From: Treponema sp.
Lineage (GTDB): Bacteria; Spirochaetota; Spirochaetia; Treponematales; Treponemataceae
Length of the DNA stretch: 64,000 bases
NCBI GenBank assembly: GCA_016297405.1
Contig: JAEDGP010000003.1
Span: forward strand, 2,081 to 66,080
Direction of reading: 5' to 3'
Part shown: one piece after another, positions 20,518 through 29,991 of the stretch
How the letters are laid out: each line of letters begins with the position of its first letter
Numbering within the stretch: the first letter of the stretch is position 1
The notes under the pieces: model-generated
Databases searched by the model: none
What the model saw: the letters and a program-made list of their open reading frames with translations, nothing else
What the model was told of the DNA's origin: nothing
Program-made: the position numbers and the translations under genes

Positions 20518-21366
20518 TTATTTTCTGTAAGACACAGAGCCATAGCGAAGATCTATTTCGCCGGCATCAGGCTCAATTTTATTTACAACATCTAATGCTA
20601 TCATCATATACTTTAATGAATCTTCATTCAATGAGCGATCGGTAAGAACTCGAACTTTTGATGCTACAGGAATAAGAACAAGCTCATAGTTTCCATATTC
20701 TTTTGGTACTACACAGATTTCTGAGACTGCAGCCAGATATTTCTGAGGCAATTTCTGAATATTGTAAATCTGTTCGATAAGTGGTCTATATTTTGAAGGA
20801 AGTCTCATCCCATCAGAATAATGTTCTACAGGAAGACCAGAAATAATTGGCATTGATGCATTTTCTGCATCCCCTTTTCTTTCAGGGAAAATATATCCAT
20901 TCCTGTCAATCTGTACTGGAACAGAATGTCCGTTGTTAACTATAAATGTGGAGGCAACTGGTGTTCTTTCAGCCACTTCAATGTAGATTTTATTTGGAAA
21001 CGATTTGCGTACTGAAACAGTGTCGATACCTGGCATGGATGCTATAATGGCAACAGCTTTATCTGCATCAAAATCAAACCAGTTGGCCACATTCATAGGT
21101 CTAAGAACATCTACAATTTCACCGGCAGAGTAATTCTCTGTTCCTGACACAGATACTACAGGATATTCAAGACTAGGCTTAAGAAATTTATAATAGGCAA
21201 ATTCTCCTGCAACACAAAGTGCAAGAACCACAAAAACAACTTTAAGTACTGTAATTAACTTATCCTGCTTTGCTTCCCTCTGCATTGCTGGAATGAAGTC
21301 AGATTTCTTTGCTCCAAAGAAATCATCATCTTCATAATCGGTGAACTGAATACTTAAATCACTCAT
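20518..21366 (-). CDS. ftsQ: Cell division protein FtsQ/DivIB
   Basis: Single TM, POTRA (VRKSFPNKIYIEVAER), C-terminal IDLR; between ftsW and ftsA. Confidence 0.88.
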   Translation of the reverse strand: MSDLSIQFTDYEDDDFFGAKKSDFIPAMQREAKQDKLITVLKVVFVVLALCVAGEFAYYKFLKPSLEYPVVSVSGTENYSAGEIVDVLRPMNVANWFDFDADKAVAIIASMPGIDTVSVRKSFPNKIYIEVAERTPVASTFIVNNGHSVPVQIDRNGYIFPERKGDAENASMPIISGLPVEHYSDGMRLPSKYRPLIEQIYNIQKLPQKYLAAVSEICVVPKEYGNYELVLIPVASKVRVLTDRSLNEDSLKYMMIALDVVNKIEPDAGEIDLRYGSVSYRK

Positions 21367-22558
21367 AAACGTTTACTCCGGAAAAACTATTTATTAATAC
21401 AACATTATTTTCATCCACAATGTCATTTTCGGTATCAAATCGTGAGGCATTAATGATAAAACCACACATTGCAAGGGAAAGAACGATTGACGATCCCCCA
21501 AGCGAAAAGAAAGGAAGGGGTATTCCAGTCGAAGGAAGAGCCCCGCAAACTACTGCGCAGTTCAAAAGAGACTGAAGCAGTATCATGGAAACAAAACCAA
21601 AGCTGGCATATGCGGCAAAACGGTTTTTGCAGATAACAGCTGTTCTGTACCCTCTCCAGGAAAACACTCCAAGAAGCACAAAATACACAATCACGCCAAA
21701 AAGACCCATTGCTTCTGACCATGCAGCAAAAATATAGTCCGACTGAACTTCAGGAACCCTCATACTGACATTCAACCCGGATCCAATTCCAGTTCCCCAA
21801 AATCCACCAGTACTTACAGCTCTTTTGGAAAGAATCGGCTGATAATTGATTGTATCTGCATGCTCTTCTGGTCTGACAAAACCAATCACACGTTCAATTC
21901 GGTATTCCTCGCTCAGTACAAAAATTCCAAAAGCAATCAAAAGCAACGGAAGCAGCAGAAAGAACCACCTCAGACGCACTCCGGAAGCCACAAACATAAC
22001 CATGCAAACAACAAAAATAAAAGCTGTTGTTGAAAGATCTTTCTGAAACGCAACCAAAAGCAACTGGAAAAGCATCATCATGACACAAGGAAAAAGAGTC
22101 TTTTCATCATCGTCTAAAATAGAAGCTTCCTTGTCAAAGTAATTGGCCAGATAAAGCACAATTGCAAATTTTACCAATTCAGAGGGCTGAAAAGTAAAGT
22201 TCATTGGCATTCTGATCCATCGAACCGCATCATTCTTTTCTATTCCTATGCCAGGTACATGAATGAGCAAACAGAGCATAATCGTCAGAAAAACAATAAA
22301 TGGCAACATTTTTTTGATAAGCTGCATTCTTACACTGGCAAAGAAAAGCAGAAGAAAAATGCCAAAAGCCACATATGCCAACTGTCTTTTCACAAAATAC
22401 ATGGAATCACCGAACATTTTGCTGGCAGTATTCCCAGATGCAAAATATAGCGTGAATATACCAAGCCCAAGCAAAAGTATGGTTGAAAGCAAAAAGAGAA
22501 AATCGCTTTTATGATATTTTTCCAACGGACGGTCAGAAAAAAATACGTATCCACCCAT
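21359..22558 (-). CDS. ftsW: SEDS peptidoglycan polymerase FtsW
   Basis: Multi-TM, RWI, FQPSELVK, PEVQSDYIF, TGIPLPFFSLGGSS. Confidence 0.95.
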   Translation of the reverse strand: MGGYVFFSDRPLEKYHKSDFLFLLSTILLLGLGIFTLYFASGNTASKMFGDSMYFVKRQLAYVAFGIFLLLFFASVRMQLIKKMLPFIVFLTIMLCLLIHVPGIGIEKNDAVRWIRMPMNFTFQPSELVKFAIVLYLANYFDKEASILDDDEKTLFPCVMMMLFQLLLVAFQKDLSTTAFIFVVCMVMFVASGVRLRWFFLLLPLLLIAFGIFVLSEEYRIERVIGFVRPEEHADTINYQPILSKRAVSTGGFWGTGIGSGLNVSMRVPEVQSDYIFAAWSEAMGLFGVIVYFVLLGVFSWRGYRTAVICKNRFAAYASFGFVSMILLQSLLNCAVVCGALPSTGIPLPFFSLGGSSIVLSLAMCGFIINASRFDTENDIVDENNVVLINSFSGVNVYE

Positions 22559-24030
22559 TACTTATCAACCTCTTGATCTTCTGCAATCTGAGTAATCACT
22601 CTTTCAAGAGAAAGTCCTCTGGAAGCTTTTACAAGAATGAGGGCATTGTCCTTTGCGTTATTCAAAATAAAAGACGAAGCTTCCAAAATCTGTTCAGAGC
22701 CAAAATCCTGGCTATAGAAACACGAAAGTTCGTTCTTAACCAGTGGCTTCACCACATCAAAAGCATTCTTCATGGCCATTCCAAAAAGCACAATTGAATC
22801 AGGCATTGAAGAAGCAAGTTTCTGGCCAATTTTCTTATGTTCATCCCCGGATTTTTCGCCAAGCTCCAGCATATCCCCAAGAACATAGATTTTCTGGCTC
22901 ACCTCAAGCTTTGAACAAAATTCAAGCACACTTGCCATGGAATCAGGATTTGCATTGTAGCAGTCTTTTATTACCTGAACCTTTTTGCCATTTTTGAGCT
23001 TTAAGCCAAAAGTTTCCATTCTGCCACCAATAGCATTCATGCCTTCAATGCCAGCCTTAATTTGAGACGCAGAAAGTCCAAGAGTTCTTCCAACCGCCAC
23101 TGCTGCCAGTGCATTCAAATAATTGTATCTGCCAGAAAGCTTCAGGCGAATGTCTGTTCCATCCAGACTGAACAAAGTTCCGTTCAATCCATCATCACTT
23201 TTAAAAACCACATGGCTTTCAGAAGCAGACACCACATCGCCATAACGAACAACCTGACCTTTTACCACTTCCTTTAAAAAATCAAAATAATCGTCAGCAG
23301 CTGGAATGAAAGCTGCTCCATCTGATGGAATATATTCGTAAATATGGCGCTTCTCAAAAGCAATATTATCACGGCTTCCAAGAATTCCAATATGTGCCGT
23401 TCCTACATTTGTAATCACAGCATATTTTGGTTTCAAAACGCAAGCGATCTCTGCAATTTCGTTTTTGCGGTTCATGCCCATTTCAAAAACGCCACATTCA
23501 TGCTCTTTTCTGATGTTAAATACAGAAAGCGGCAGTCCGGTTTCACTGTTAAAATTTCCCTGTGTATAAACCACATTGAATTTCTGCTTCAACACAGAAA
23601 CAACCAGCTCTTTTGTTGTGGTTTTTCCGCTTGACCCTGTGATTCCAACCTTTATGAGATTTGGAAATTTTTCAACATAACGTTCAGCCGCTTTCTGCAA
23701 AGCAGTCATTGTATTTGAAACTGCAAAAACACAAAGATTTATGTTTTTTGCTGACAAATCTACATATTTTTGACCATTTTTGAAATTTTCATCAGCGCTG
23801 ATAAAAACAACGGTCGCTCCTTTTTCCACAGCCTGATCTACATATTTGTGACCATCTTGAAACTCCCCTGCAAGAGGCACAAATAATGAACTGGCACAAA
23901 CATTTCTACTGTCTGTTGTAACACTTGAAAAGAAGAAATTTTTCTTGTTAACGTTAGACCCAATGAAAGTTCCATGAACAGCATCACATAGCTGATCAAA
24001 ACTCAAAAGACTTTCAGTTTCGCCGTTCAT
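22558..24030 (-). CDS. murF: UDP-MurNAc-tripeptide--D-Ala-D-Ala ligase
   Basis: TDSR, GITGSSGKTTTKE, EMGM, DCYNANPDS, LGDMLELG, VKASRG. Confidence 0.96.
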   Translation of the reverse strand: MNGETESLLSFDQLCDAVHGTFIGSNVNKKNFFFSSVTTDSRNVCASSLFVPLAGEFQDGHKYVDQAVEKGATVVFISADENFKNGQKYVDLSAKNINLCVFAVSNTMTALQKAAERYVEKFPNLIKVGITGSSGKTTTKELVVSVLKQKFNVVYTQGNFNSETGLPLSVFNIRKEHECGVFEMGMNRKNEIAEIACVLKPKYAVITNVGTAHIGILGSRDNIAFEKRHIYEYIPSDGAAFIPAADDYFDFLKEVVKGQVVRYGDVVSASESHVVFKSDDGLNGTLFSLDGTDIRLKLSGRYNYLNALAAVAVGRTLGLSASQIKAGIEGMNAIGGRMETFGLKLKNGKKVQVIKDCYNANPDSMASVLEFCSKLEVSQKIYVLGDMLELGEKSGDEHKKIGQKLASSMPDSIVLFGMAMKNAFDVVKPLVKNELSCFYSQDFGSEQILEASSFILNNAKDNALILVKASRGLSLERVITQIAEDQEVDK

Positions 24031-24329
24031 TTTTTCCTCCCATTCATATCCACACGGACAATCTCTTCTGTTGTTGCAGGCTTCATTCCCAGGTCTTCAG
24101 CCTCTTTTTCTATTCTTTCAACGCTTGTCAGCTGACCAATCTCGCCAACAAGCCTTTTGTTTTTTTCTTTTAAATCTTCCTGTTTGTGCTCAAGAACCTC
24201 AATCTGCTTCTTTAGATCAGCATTCTTTCTTGATTGATTGGCAACCACCATCAAAAGGAATGGAATTGCAATGGTCACCGCACAAAGAAAGATTTTTCCA
24301 CCAACGTCCTTCATCCTCTTATTCATCAA
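24027..24329 (-). CDS. ftsL: Cell division protein FtsL
   Basis: TM plus coiled coil, ERIEKEAEDLGM; follows rsmH. Confidence 0.85.
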   Translation of the reverse strand: MMNKRMKDVGGKIFLCAVTIAIPFLLMVVANQSRKNADLKKQIEVLEHKQEDLKEKNKRLVGEIGQLTSVERIEKEAEDLGMKPATTEEIVRVDMNGRKK

Positions 24330-25315
24330 TACCCCTCCACTCCAAGCAAATGGTTTTCATTTGCATCATGGATTTTGCGAACTACACGAAGTTTTGCGCT
24401 TCTGGAAGGGGAATTCGCCTTAATTTCTTCTTCTGTAGGACCTATAGGTTTGCGAGTCAGAATCTCTGCGCAAGCATTGCCACCACATCTGCATTGAGCA
24501 ACTTCAGGGGGACAAACACATTGCTTGCCAAGGTTCCTGAAGTAATTCTTAACAATTCTGTCTTCCAGAGAATGAAAAGTGATTACACCAAGTTTTCCCC
24601 CAGGAATCAGCAGATTGAAGGCATTGTGCAAAGCTTGAGGTATATGACGAAGTTCACTATTAACAGCAATGCGCAAAGCCTGAAAAGTTCGAGTTGCAGG
24701 ATGTATCGCGCCGTAGCGATAACTACCAGGAACAACATCGAAAATCAAATCTGCAAGAGCCTTTGAGGTCTGGATTCTGCTTGCACTTCTTGCTTCAACG
24801 ATTCTGTGAGCGATTCGTCTTGAAAACTTTTCTTCACCATAAAGGTAAATGAGATTCGCAAGCTCTTCTTCTCTCATGTCATTCACAAGATCCGCTGCAG
24901 ATTCCTTTTCCGAATTCGGATCCAATCGCATATCCAACGGTTCGTCATAACGGAAAGAAAAACCTCTCCCTGACTTTTCGTAATGGAATACAGAAATTCC
25001 AAGATCAAAAAGAATCAGGTTCGGTTTTGGATATTGAGCCGGATAAGATTCATAAAAATCATTGAACCAGCCGTTATAAAAATGCATTCTGTCACCGAAA
25101 ACGCTAAGGCGTTCCCTAGCCCTAGCCTGGATGACAGAATCTGCATCGATACCAATAATATTGAGGGAATTAAATTTAGAAAGAAAGGCATTGGAATGAC
25201 CGCCTTCACCCAAAGTAGAATCAACCATCCAGCAGTCTTTTTCAAAAGATTCTCCGATTGGACTAAGCCAATCAAGACAAGGCTGCAACAAAACCGGCGT
25301 ATGAACGATTTCCAC
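24326..25315 (-). CDS. rsmH: 16S rRNA m4C1402 methyltransferase
   Basis: HTPVLL, DSTLGEGGH, DLGIS, PLDMR, TFHSLEDR, SRSAKLR. Confidence 0.97.
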   Translation of the reverse strand: MEIVHTPVLLQPCLDWLSPIGESFEKDCWMVDSTLGEGGHSNAFLSKFNSLNIIGIDADSVIQARARERLSVFGDRMHFYNGWFNDFYESYPAQYPKPNLILFDLGISVFHYEKSGRGFSFRYDEPLDMRLDPNSEKESAADLVNDMREEELANLIYLYGEEKFSRRIAHRIVEARSASRIQTSKALADLIFDVVPGSYRYGAIHPATRTFQALRIAVNSELRHIPQALHNAFNLLIPGGKLGVITFHSLEDRIVKNYFRNLGKQCVCPPEVAQCRCGGNACAEILTRKPIGPTEEEIKANSPSRSAKLRVVRKIHDANENHLLGVEGY

Positions 25316-25341
25316 TTCGATTCCCCACTTTTTTTTACATA

Positions 25342-25785
25342 CTAGAAGTTAATGTCCTTAAATTGCTCACTTGCTTCCAGAAGTTTTTCTTCAGTTTCGC
25401 AAAGATAGCTTTCATAAGAAGCGGCATTCCAAAGTTCAACAAAACGTTGTTCACCAAGGAAAACGCAATCTTTTTCAAGCCCGGCAAATTCGCGCAAACT
25501 TTGTGGGATAGAAAGACGACCTGATTTATCAAATTCGATTTCCTGAGCCGGAGCAATAAAACGTCTCATAATGATTCGATTCTGCTCGCTAAAAGGAGAA
25601 GCATTTGCCATCAGTTTTGATGACATACTCTCCCATTCCTCAGGAGTAAAAAGCCACAAACATCGATCGACAGATTTTGTAACAATCATGACATTTGAAG
25701 AAATTCCGGCACGAAGCTTTGTAGGAAACATAATTCTTCCCTTTTCATCAAGGGTATTTCTGTATTCACCTGTAAGCAATTTCAT
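25342..25785 (-). CDS. mraZ: Transcriptional regulator MraZ
   Basis: Two DxxGR motifs (DEKGR, DKSGR); start moved to ATG 25785. Confidence 0.96.
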   Translation of the reverse strand: MKLLTGEYRNTLDEKGRIMFPTKLRAGISSNVMIVTKSVDRCLWLFTPEEWESMSSKLMANASPFSEQNRIIMRRFIAPAQEIEFDKSGRLSIPQSLREFAGLEKDCVFLGEQRFVELWNAASYESYLCETEEKLLEASEQFKDINF

Positions 25786-25857
25786 GCCACTTTCTTCCAC
25801 TTTTTACTACTTTTTCCCACTTACTCACTATTTTACTGTAAAAATTCCTAAAGTCAA
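25786..25857 (-). promoter_or_regulatory. dcw promoter with MraZ-binding GTGG repeats
   Basis: TTGACT-N16-TAAAAT, then GTGG/GTAG boxes at 10-bp period (25820, 25810, 25800, 25790). Confidence 0.85.
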
Positions 25858-25948
25858 CAACATTTCTTGCCGAAAATAGAAAAAGTCAAATATCATAAAT
25901 TAATTTATCTTTTTGTTTGTATAGCACTTTTTTGACCAGTCAATTTCA

Positions 25949-26677
25949 ATGAAAAACATAAACACATATAACGAAAGTTCTCTTCACCTTACGCTAAAAA
26001 AGCTATACAGCCTGAACGAAGGAGACAGGACTGAAGTCGTTCTTGACGGGCACATTTATGACATCGTCACAAAAGATCAGGATGTAATCGAAATCCAGAC
26101 AAAAAACATTTATTCACTGAAAGAAAAAATTCTGAATTCCCTTTCAAAAGACAGAAACGTAAAAATCGTCCATCCAATACCATGCATAAAAATAATTCAG
26201 ACTAAAGATAAAGAAGGAAACATAATTTCCTGCAGAAAAAGCCCTAAAAAACTGAGCATCTATTCAGTCTTTAACGAAATAAAAAGCTTTTTTCCAATAT
26301 TACTCATGGAAAATTTCTGTCTTGAATTGATAATCTGTGAAATCACAGAAGAAAGGGTTCGCACTGAAGAAAAAGAGCAGTCAAAAAACAAGCGAAGAAG
26401 ATTCAAAAAAAACTGGCAGATCGTAAACAAAAAACTTGATAAAATCATCGAAACAAAAACATTTAAAACTCGGCAGGATTATCTTTCCCTGCTCCCAGAA
26501 AATCTACCAGCTGAATTTTGCGTAAACGATATAAAAAACGCATTCAAAATCGACAAAACCAAAAATGCAGATTGCATAAAAAATGCAAATATAATGATCT
26601 GGACTTTCTCCAAAATTGGAATAATTGAGTTTATCGGGAAAAAAGGAAATTCAAAAATTTACAGACTATCAAAATAA
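25949..26677 (+). CDS. Hypothetical protein, probable PD-(D/E)XK nuclease fold
   Basis: ESSLHLTLK...EV..DGHIYDI...IEIQT resembles an E...D...ExQ/K active site; Lys-rich. Confidence 0.55.
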   Translation: MKNINTYNESSLHLTLKKLYSLNEGDRTEVVLDGHIYDIVTKDQDVIEIQTKNIYSLKEKILNSLSKDRNVKIVHPIPCIKIIQTKDKEGNIISCRKSPKKLSIYSVFNEIKSFFPILLMENFCLELIICEITEERVRTEEKEQSKNKRRRFKKNWQIVNKKLDKIIETKTFKTRQDYLSLLPENLPAEFCVNDIKNAFKIDKTKNADCIKNANIMIWTFSKIGIIEFIGKKGNSKIYRLSK

Positions 26678-27117
26678 AACAAAAAAAAGTCAAACATCCA
26701 AATCAAAATGAGATTTACAAAAAGAACGCTGCCCCTAGGAAAAGAGCTACCTTAAAGCCGTTGCCTGGCAGCATGAAACAGCGACTTTAAACAGAAAGTT
26801 ATTCAGAAAACTTTATTCATACTTCAACATTATTTTAAAAGCTCATATACACCGGCTACAGCTTTATAATTACGCATTAAACATTGTTAATTCTCTATTC
26901 TATTAAACAATTCTTCATTATATTTAAATTTTGACAGAAAAAGACATAACAGAAAAAAATCTTGAAGCTTTTATTTTGTTTAAGTTCTGATTGAATAATT
27001 TGTTCTGTTCATAGTGTTTGTGTTCTTTTTTTAGTCCTCGGTGGTATGTTTTAAATTTCAGTCATAATGTACAGGGAGTTTTTGAGGAAGCAGATTTGAT
27101 AATTTTTTTACAAAAAA

Positions 27118-27729
27118 TCAAGTTTTAGGATTGAAGATTTTTTTCAGATTTAGTTTAAAACGGATTCCAAATTCATTGTTGTTTTTTTTAAGGTCTTTTG
27201 CATAATCTGGCAGATTATTATTTGAAATTGTTATTCGGTAGCCGTAGAAAAAATCTATTAAAACATAATTTTTGATATTTTGTTTCCAGCCAATTTGAGG
27301 AAATAAATTTATGATTGTATCGCTAGATTCTTCTTTGGAACTTATATAATTTATGAAATCTGTGGAAATTCCAAAGCCTAAATAAAGCCAGTTTAATTTT
27401 TTGTTGAATGGATACAGATAGCTGTCTAAGCCAATTCCTACAGTGGTAATAATTACATCATAATCAACGGGCCATACTGTCATGTGGGAAAACTTTCCTT
27501 TTATTGACCAAAAATCAGTTAAAAGATGTTCGTATGAAAAACCAAGCCCCCAGCCGTTATTCTTTAGGCCTGTAAGTGTATAAGAAGTATCCAGGGAAAA
27601 AATGCTGTTTTCAATAAATGACGAATTTTTTAAAATTTCAGAAGAAGAATCGGTCTGGGTTATCTTTTCAATGGAATGAAGCGATGGGAGCATAAAAAAT
27701 AAAAAGAAAAAGAAGAAGCATTTTTTCAC
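27118..27729 (-). CDS. Exported protein, possible small outer-membrane beta-barrel
   Basis: Signal peptide; alternating amphipathic strands (WGLGFSYE, LYLGFGISTD, FPQIGWK, LIDFFYGYR, EFGIRFKL); GTG start. Confidence 0.55.
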   Translation of the reverse strand: MKKCFFFFFLFFMLPSLHSIEKITQTDSSSEILKNSSFIENSIFSLDTSYTLTGLKNNGWGLGFSYEHLLTDFWSIKGKFSHMTVWPVDYDVIITTVGIGLDSYLYPFNKKLNWLYLGFGISTDFINYISSKEESSDTIINLFPQIGWKQNIKNYVLIDFFYGYRITISNNNLPDYAKDLKKNNNEFGIRFKLNLKKIFNPKT

Positions 27730-28140
27730 AGAAATAATTATATCATTTCATTTACTTCCCAACAAATAGGGATTTGTTTAACGATGGCAGAAAAAGAGCG
27801 AAAATTGCGTAAAATTCGCTTTTCCCTGGAGCCAAAACAGAATTACTGGAGAACAAATGACCTGTTTTTTAAATAAAAATATAAAATCCCGGTCAAAAAA
27901 CTGGGTTACCATACTAAATTCAATTGGAATGCGGCAGAAAAGGATAATTGGTCCTAAAAATATTAATTTGTGGGAAGAGAAGAATTTTTAGCTGATTTTA
28001 GCCTGAAGTTGCTGTAAACTTACAAATCTTGTAGATAAAATCATAAGTGCTGCCATTAGCTACGGAATTTATATGGGATTTAGGAAATTAAAACAAATAT
28101 GATAGTGTTTTGATTTTTCCAAATCTCCCCAGAGCAAAAA

Positions 28141-28265
28141 AAGGGGGGTGTCCAATAAGTTTTCATTACGGTGGTTGAGTTTATCGAAACCACCACATTT
28201 AGTGTGATGGTCATTTCGACAGGCTCAATGACCACTGCAATTTATACTTTTGGGACATCCCCTTT
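28141..28265. mobile_element. MITE-like hairpin-cassette element, copy 2 (reverse orientation)
   Basis: Ends GGGGTGTCCAATAAG...ACTTTTGGGACATCCCC; reverse complement aligns with copy 1; two internal hairpins; A-tract on the left gives a U-tail for the flaA transcript. Confidence 0.7.
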
Positions 28266-28281
28266 ACAATCACGAAAAGAA

Positions 28282-29004
28282 TTACCAGTTGTCAGACATA
28301 TCGTCTGGATCGTGGTTTTCTGTATCGTAAAGATCTGTTACACAGCGAAGAGCATCCAAATAAAGATAATAAGAACCGCGAGCAAGCATTGGGTTACAAT
28401 CTACACGGAAACCAATAACCTTAAGTCCTGGTCTATCGCCATAATAAGCACTGTGCTGAACGATACCATGTTCTCCATCTGGACTTGGAGGAACTACAGC
28501 AGTAAGCTTTTTCCAGCCGCTAAAACCAAGTGAACCCATGAAAAGTTCATAATCACGACCAAAATAATCTTCTACAAGAACATAAAGTTCATGACCCTGG
28601 TTTCTACCACAAACCCACATTGAAATGGTCTTTGTAACACCAAGAATAGCAATAGGTCGCTGAGCTGTAATGTAGAATGAATTTACTCCACGTCGGAAAA
28701 ATTCAACCTTTACACCAAGCACCATTACATCTTCATCTTCTTTTCCTTCATCTTCCTTCAAAGGTTCCTTCATTTCAGGATTACCTTCAAAAAGGCGAGA
28801 TGAAATGACACCATAGTCTGGAGACATATGAACAAACCACGAACCTTCGCGTTCGAATTTATCCAATGAAATCTCATGAAGAGCCTGCATTGCAGAATCA
28901 TTACCAATTGTTTCTGGATTAGGTTCTTCTACAATGCTGTTCTGAGCTGATACTGCACACGCAAAAGCTGCTGAAATTGCAGCTGCAATAAGAAACTTTT
29001 TCAT
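28282..29004 (-). CDS. flaA: Flagellar filament outer-layer (sheath) protein, FlaA family
   Basis: Signal peptide; VLGVKVEFFRRG, ISMWVCGR, LGFSGWKKL, GFRVDC. Confidence 0.88.
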   Translation of the reverse strand: MKKFLIAAAISAAFACAVSAQNSIVEEPNPETIGNDSAMQALHEISLDKFEREGSWFVHMSPDYGVISSRLFEGNPEMKEPLKEDEGKEDEDVMVLGVKVEFFRRGVNSFYITAQRPIAILGVTKTISMWVCGRNQGHELYVLVEDYFGRDYELFMGSLGFSGWKKLTAVVPPSPDGEHGIVQHSAYYGDRPGLKVIGFRVDCNPMLARGSYYLYLDALRCVTDLYDTENHDPDDMSDNW

Positions 29005-29762
29005 TATTTAGCCTCCGATGAAGCTGATGTTTTATTTGTGCTGCTGTTTGGAACTGCAGAACCTGTTTCAGCACCACTGAAATCTGTATCCTTCAATTCA
29101 TATCCATCAAATACATATGAAAGTGAATTAGACATATATTTCAACTGATCAAAATAAACTGTGAAGTCATCAACATATTCAGCAGCATCGCTTCTAATTC
29201 TAAAGCCAACCAAAGTCATGTTTTTTGGACCAGAACGAAGTTTTGAATGCTGTGGAATCCAACCTGGAATAGAGACAACAAAGTTTTTCCAACCGTTGAA
29301 AGCAAGGTTTCCTGCTGGAAGAACGTGTACACGACCATTAGCATCACGAACCATTACATCAAGGTAATAAAGATAGTTTGCACCCCAAACCCAGAAGTCA
29401 AGATGGTCAACATTTCCAATGAAAGGAATTTCAAAGTTCTTTCCATCTTTTGTAGGAATGATTTCAATCCAGTTATCGCCCTTGCGGTTGAATGCAGCCT
29501 GAATACCAAATACTTTAGGATCAGGATCACCTTCTCTACGGAATGGCTTCAATGAATTAGGAATACCATCGAAGTATCCAAACTTTGGATAGCCTTCAGC
29601 AATAAAACGACTTGCATTAACAACCCATTTCCATTCCTGTTCAGTATCGTAATTGTCAATTACAAATGTCTCTACACTCTTTGAACTCGGCTGGCTGAAA
29701 GCTGGAATGCTGAGCGCAAAAAGAAGAGCAAGATTTACAAAGACCTTTAAGACCTTTTTCAT
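29004..29762 (-). CDS. flaA: Flagellar filament outer-layer protein, FlaA family (paralog)
   Basis: Signal peptide; FNRKGDNWIEI, DFWVWGANY, LAFNGWKN, YFDQ; TAATG overlap with the next gene. Confidence 0.9.
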   Translation of the reverse strand: MKKVLKVFVNLALLFALSIPAFSQPSSKSVETFVIDNYDTEQEWKWVVNASRFIAEGYPKFGYFDGIPNSLKPFRREGDPDPKVFGIQAAFNRKGDNWIEIIPTKDGKNFEIPFIGNVDHLDFWVWGANYLYYLDVMVRDANGRVHVLPAGNLAFNGWKNFVVSIPGWIPQHSKLRSGPKNMTLVGFRIRSDAAEYVDDFTVYFDQLKYMSNSLSYVFDGYELKDTDFSGAETGSAVPNSSTNKTSASSEAK

Positions 29763-29817
29763 GTAAAACTCCTTCTAAAATATTACATCCCGAAAATCAC
29801 GGAACGCATCAGTATCA

Positions 29818-29844
29818 TTATCGGAACAAATATTAATAATTAAT
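29818..29844 (-). promoter_or_regulatory. Probable sigma28 promoter of the flaA pair
   Basis: TTAA-N15-CCGATAA about 55 nt upstream of the ATG. Confidence 0.55.
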
Positions 29845-29991
29845 AGTATTATAATTATATTTAAGCAATGTTTGTTTGTCAAATTGTTTATATAGCAAAC
29901 ACGCCAAAAAAAAGACAAGAAAACAAGTAAAATCAAATCTTAATGACAAAAACAGAAAGCAAGAGAATTCAACAAAACTTTGATTGAACTG

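Noticed and set aside
24071..24766. Long antisense ORFs (e.g. 24071-24766, 43735-44406, 51262-51852, 10909-11460)
   Set aside because: They lie entirely opposite well-supported core genes and have no motifs or RBS
22558..25785. dcw cluster lacking ftsI, murE, mraY, murD, murG as a novelty
   Set aside because: This reduced order is, to my knowledge, the normal Treponema arrangement
27784..27876. 30-aa ORF MAEKERKLRKIRFSLEPKQNYWRTNDLFFK
   Set aside because: Weak RBS, overlaps an inverted repeat, no supporting features; cannot be distinguished from chance
28171..28533. 120-aa plus-strand ORF
   Set aside because: It starts inside the repeat element and is antisense to flaA; a shadow ORF
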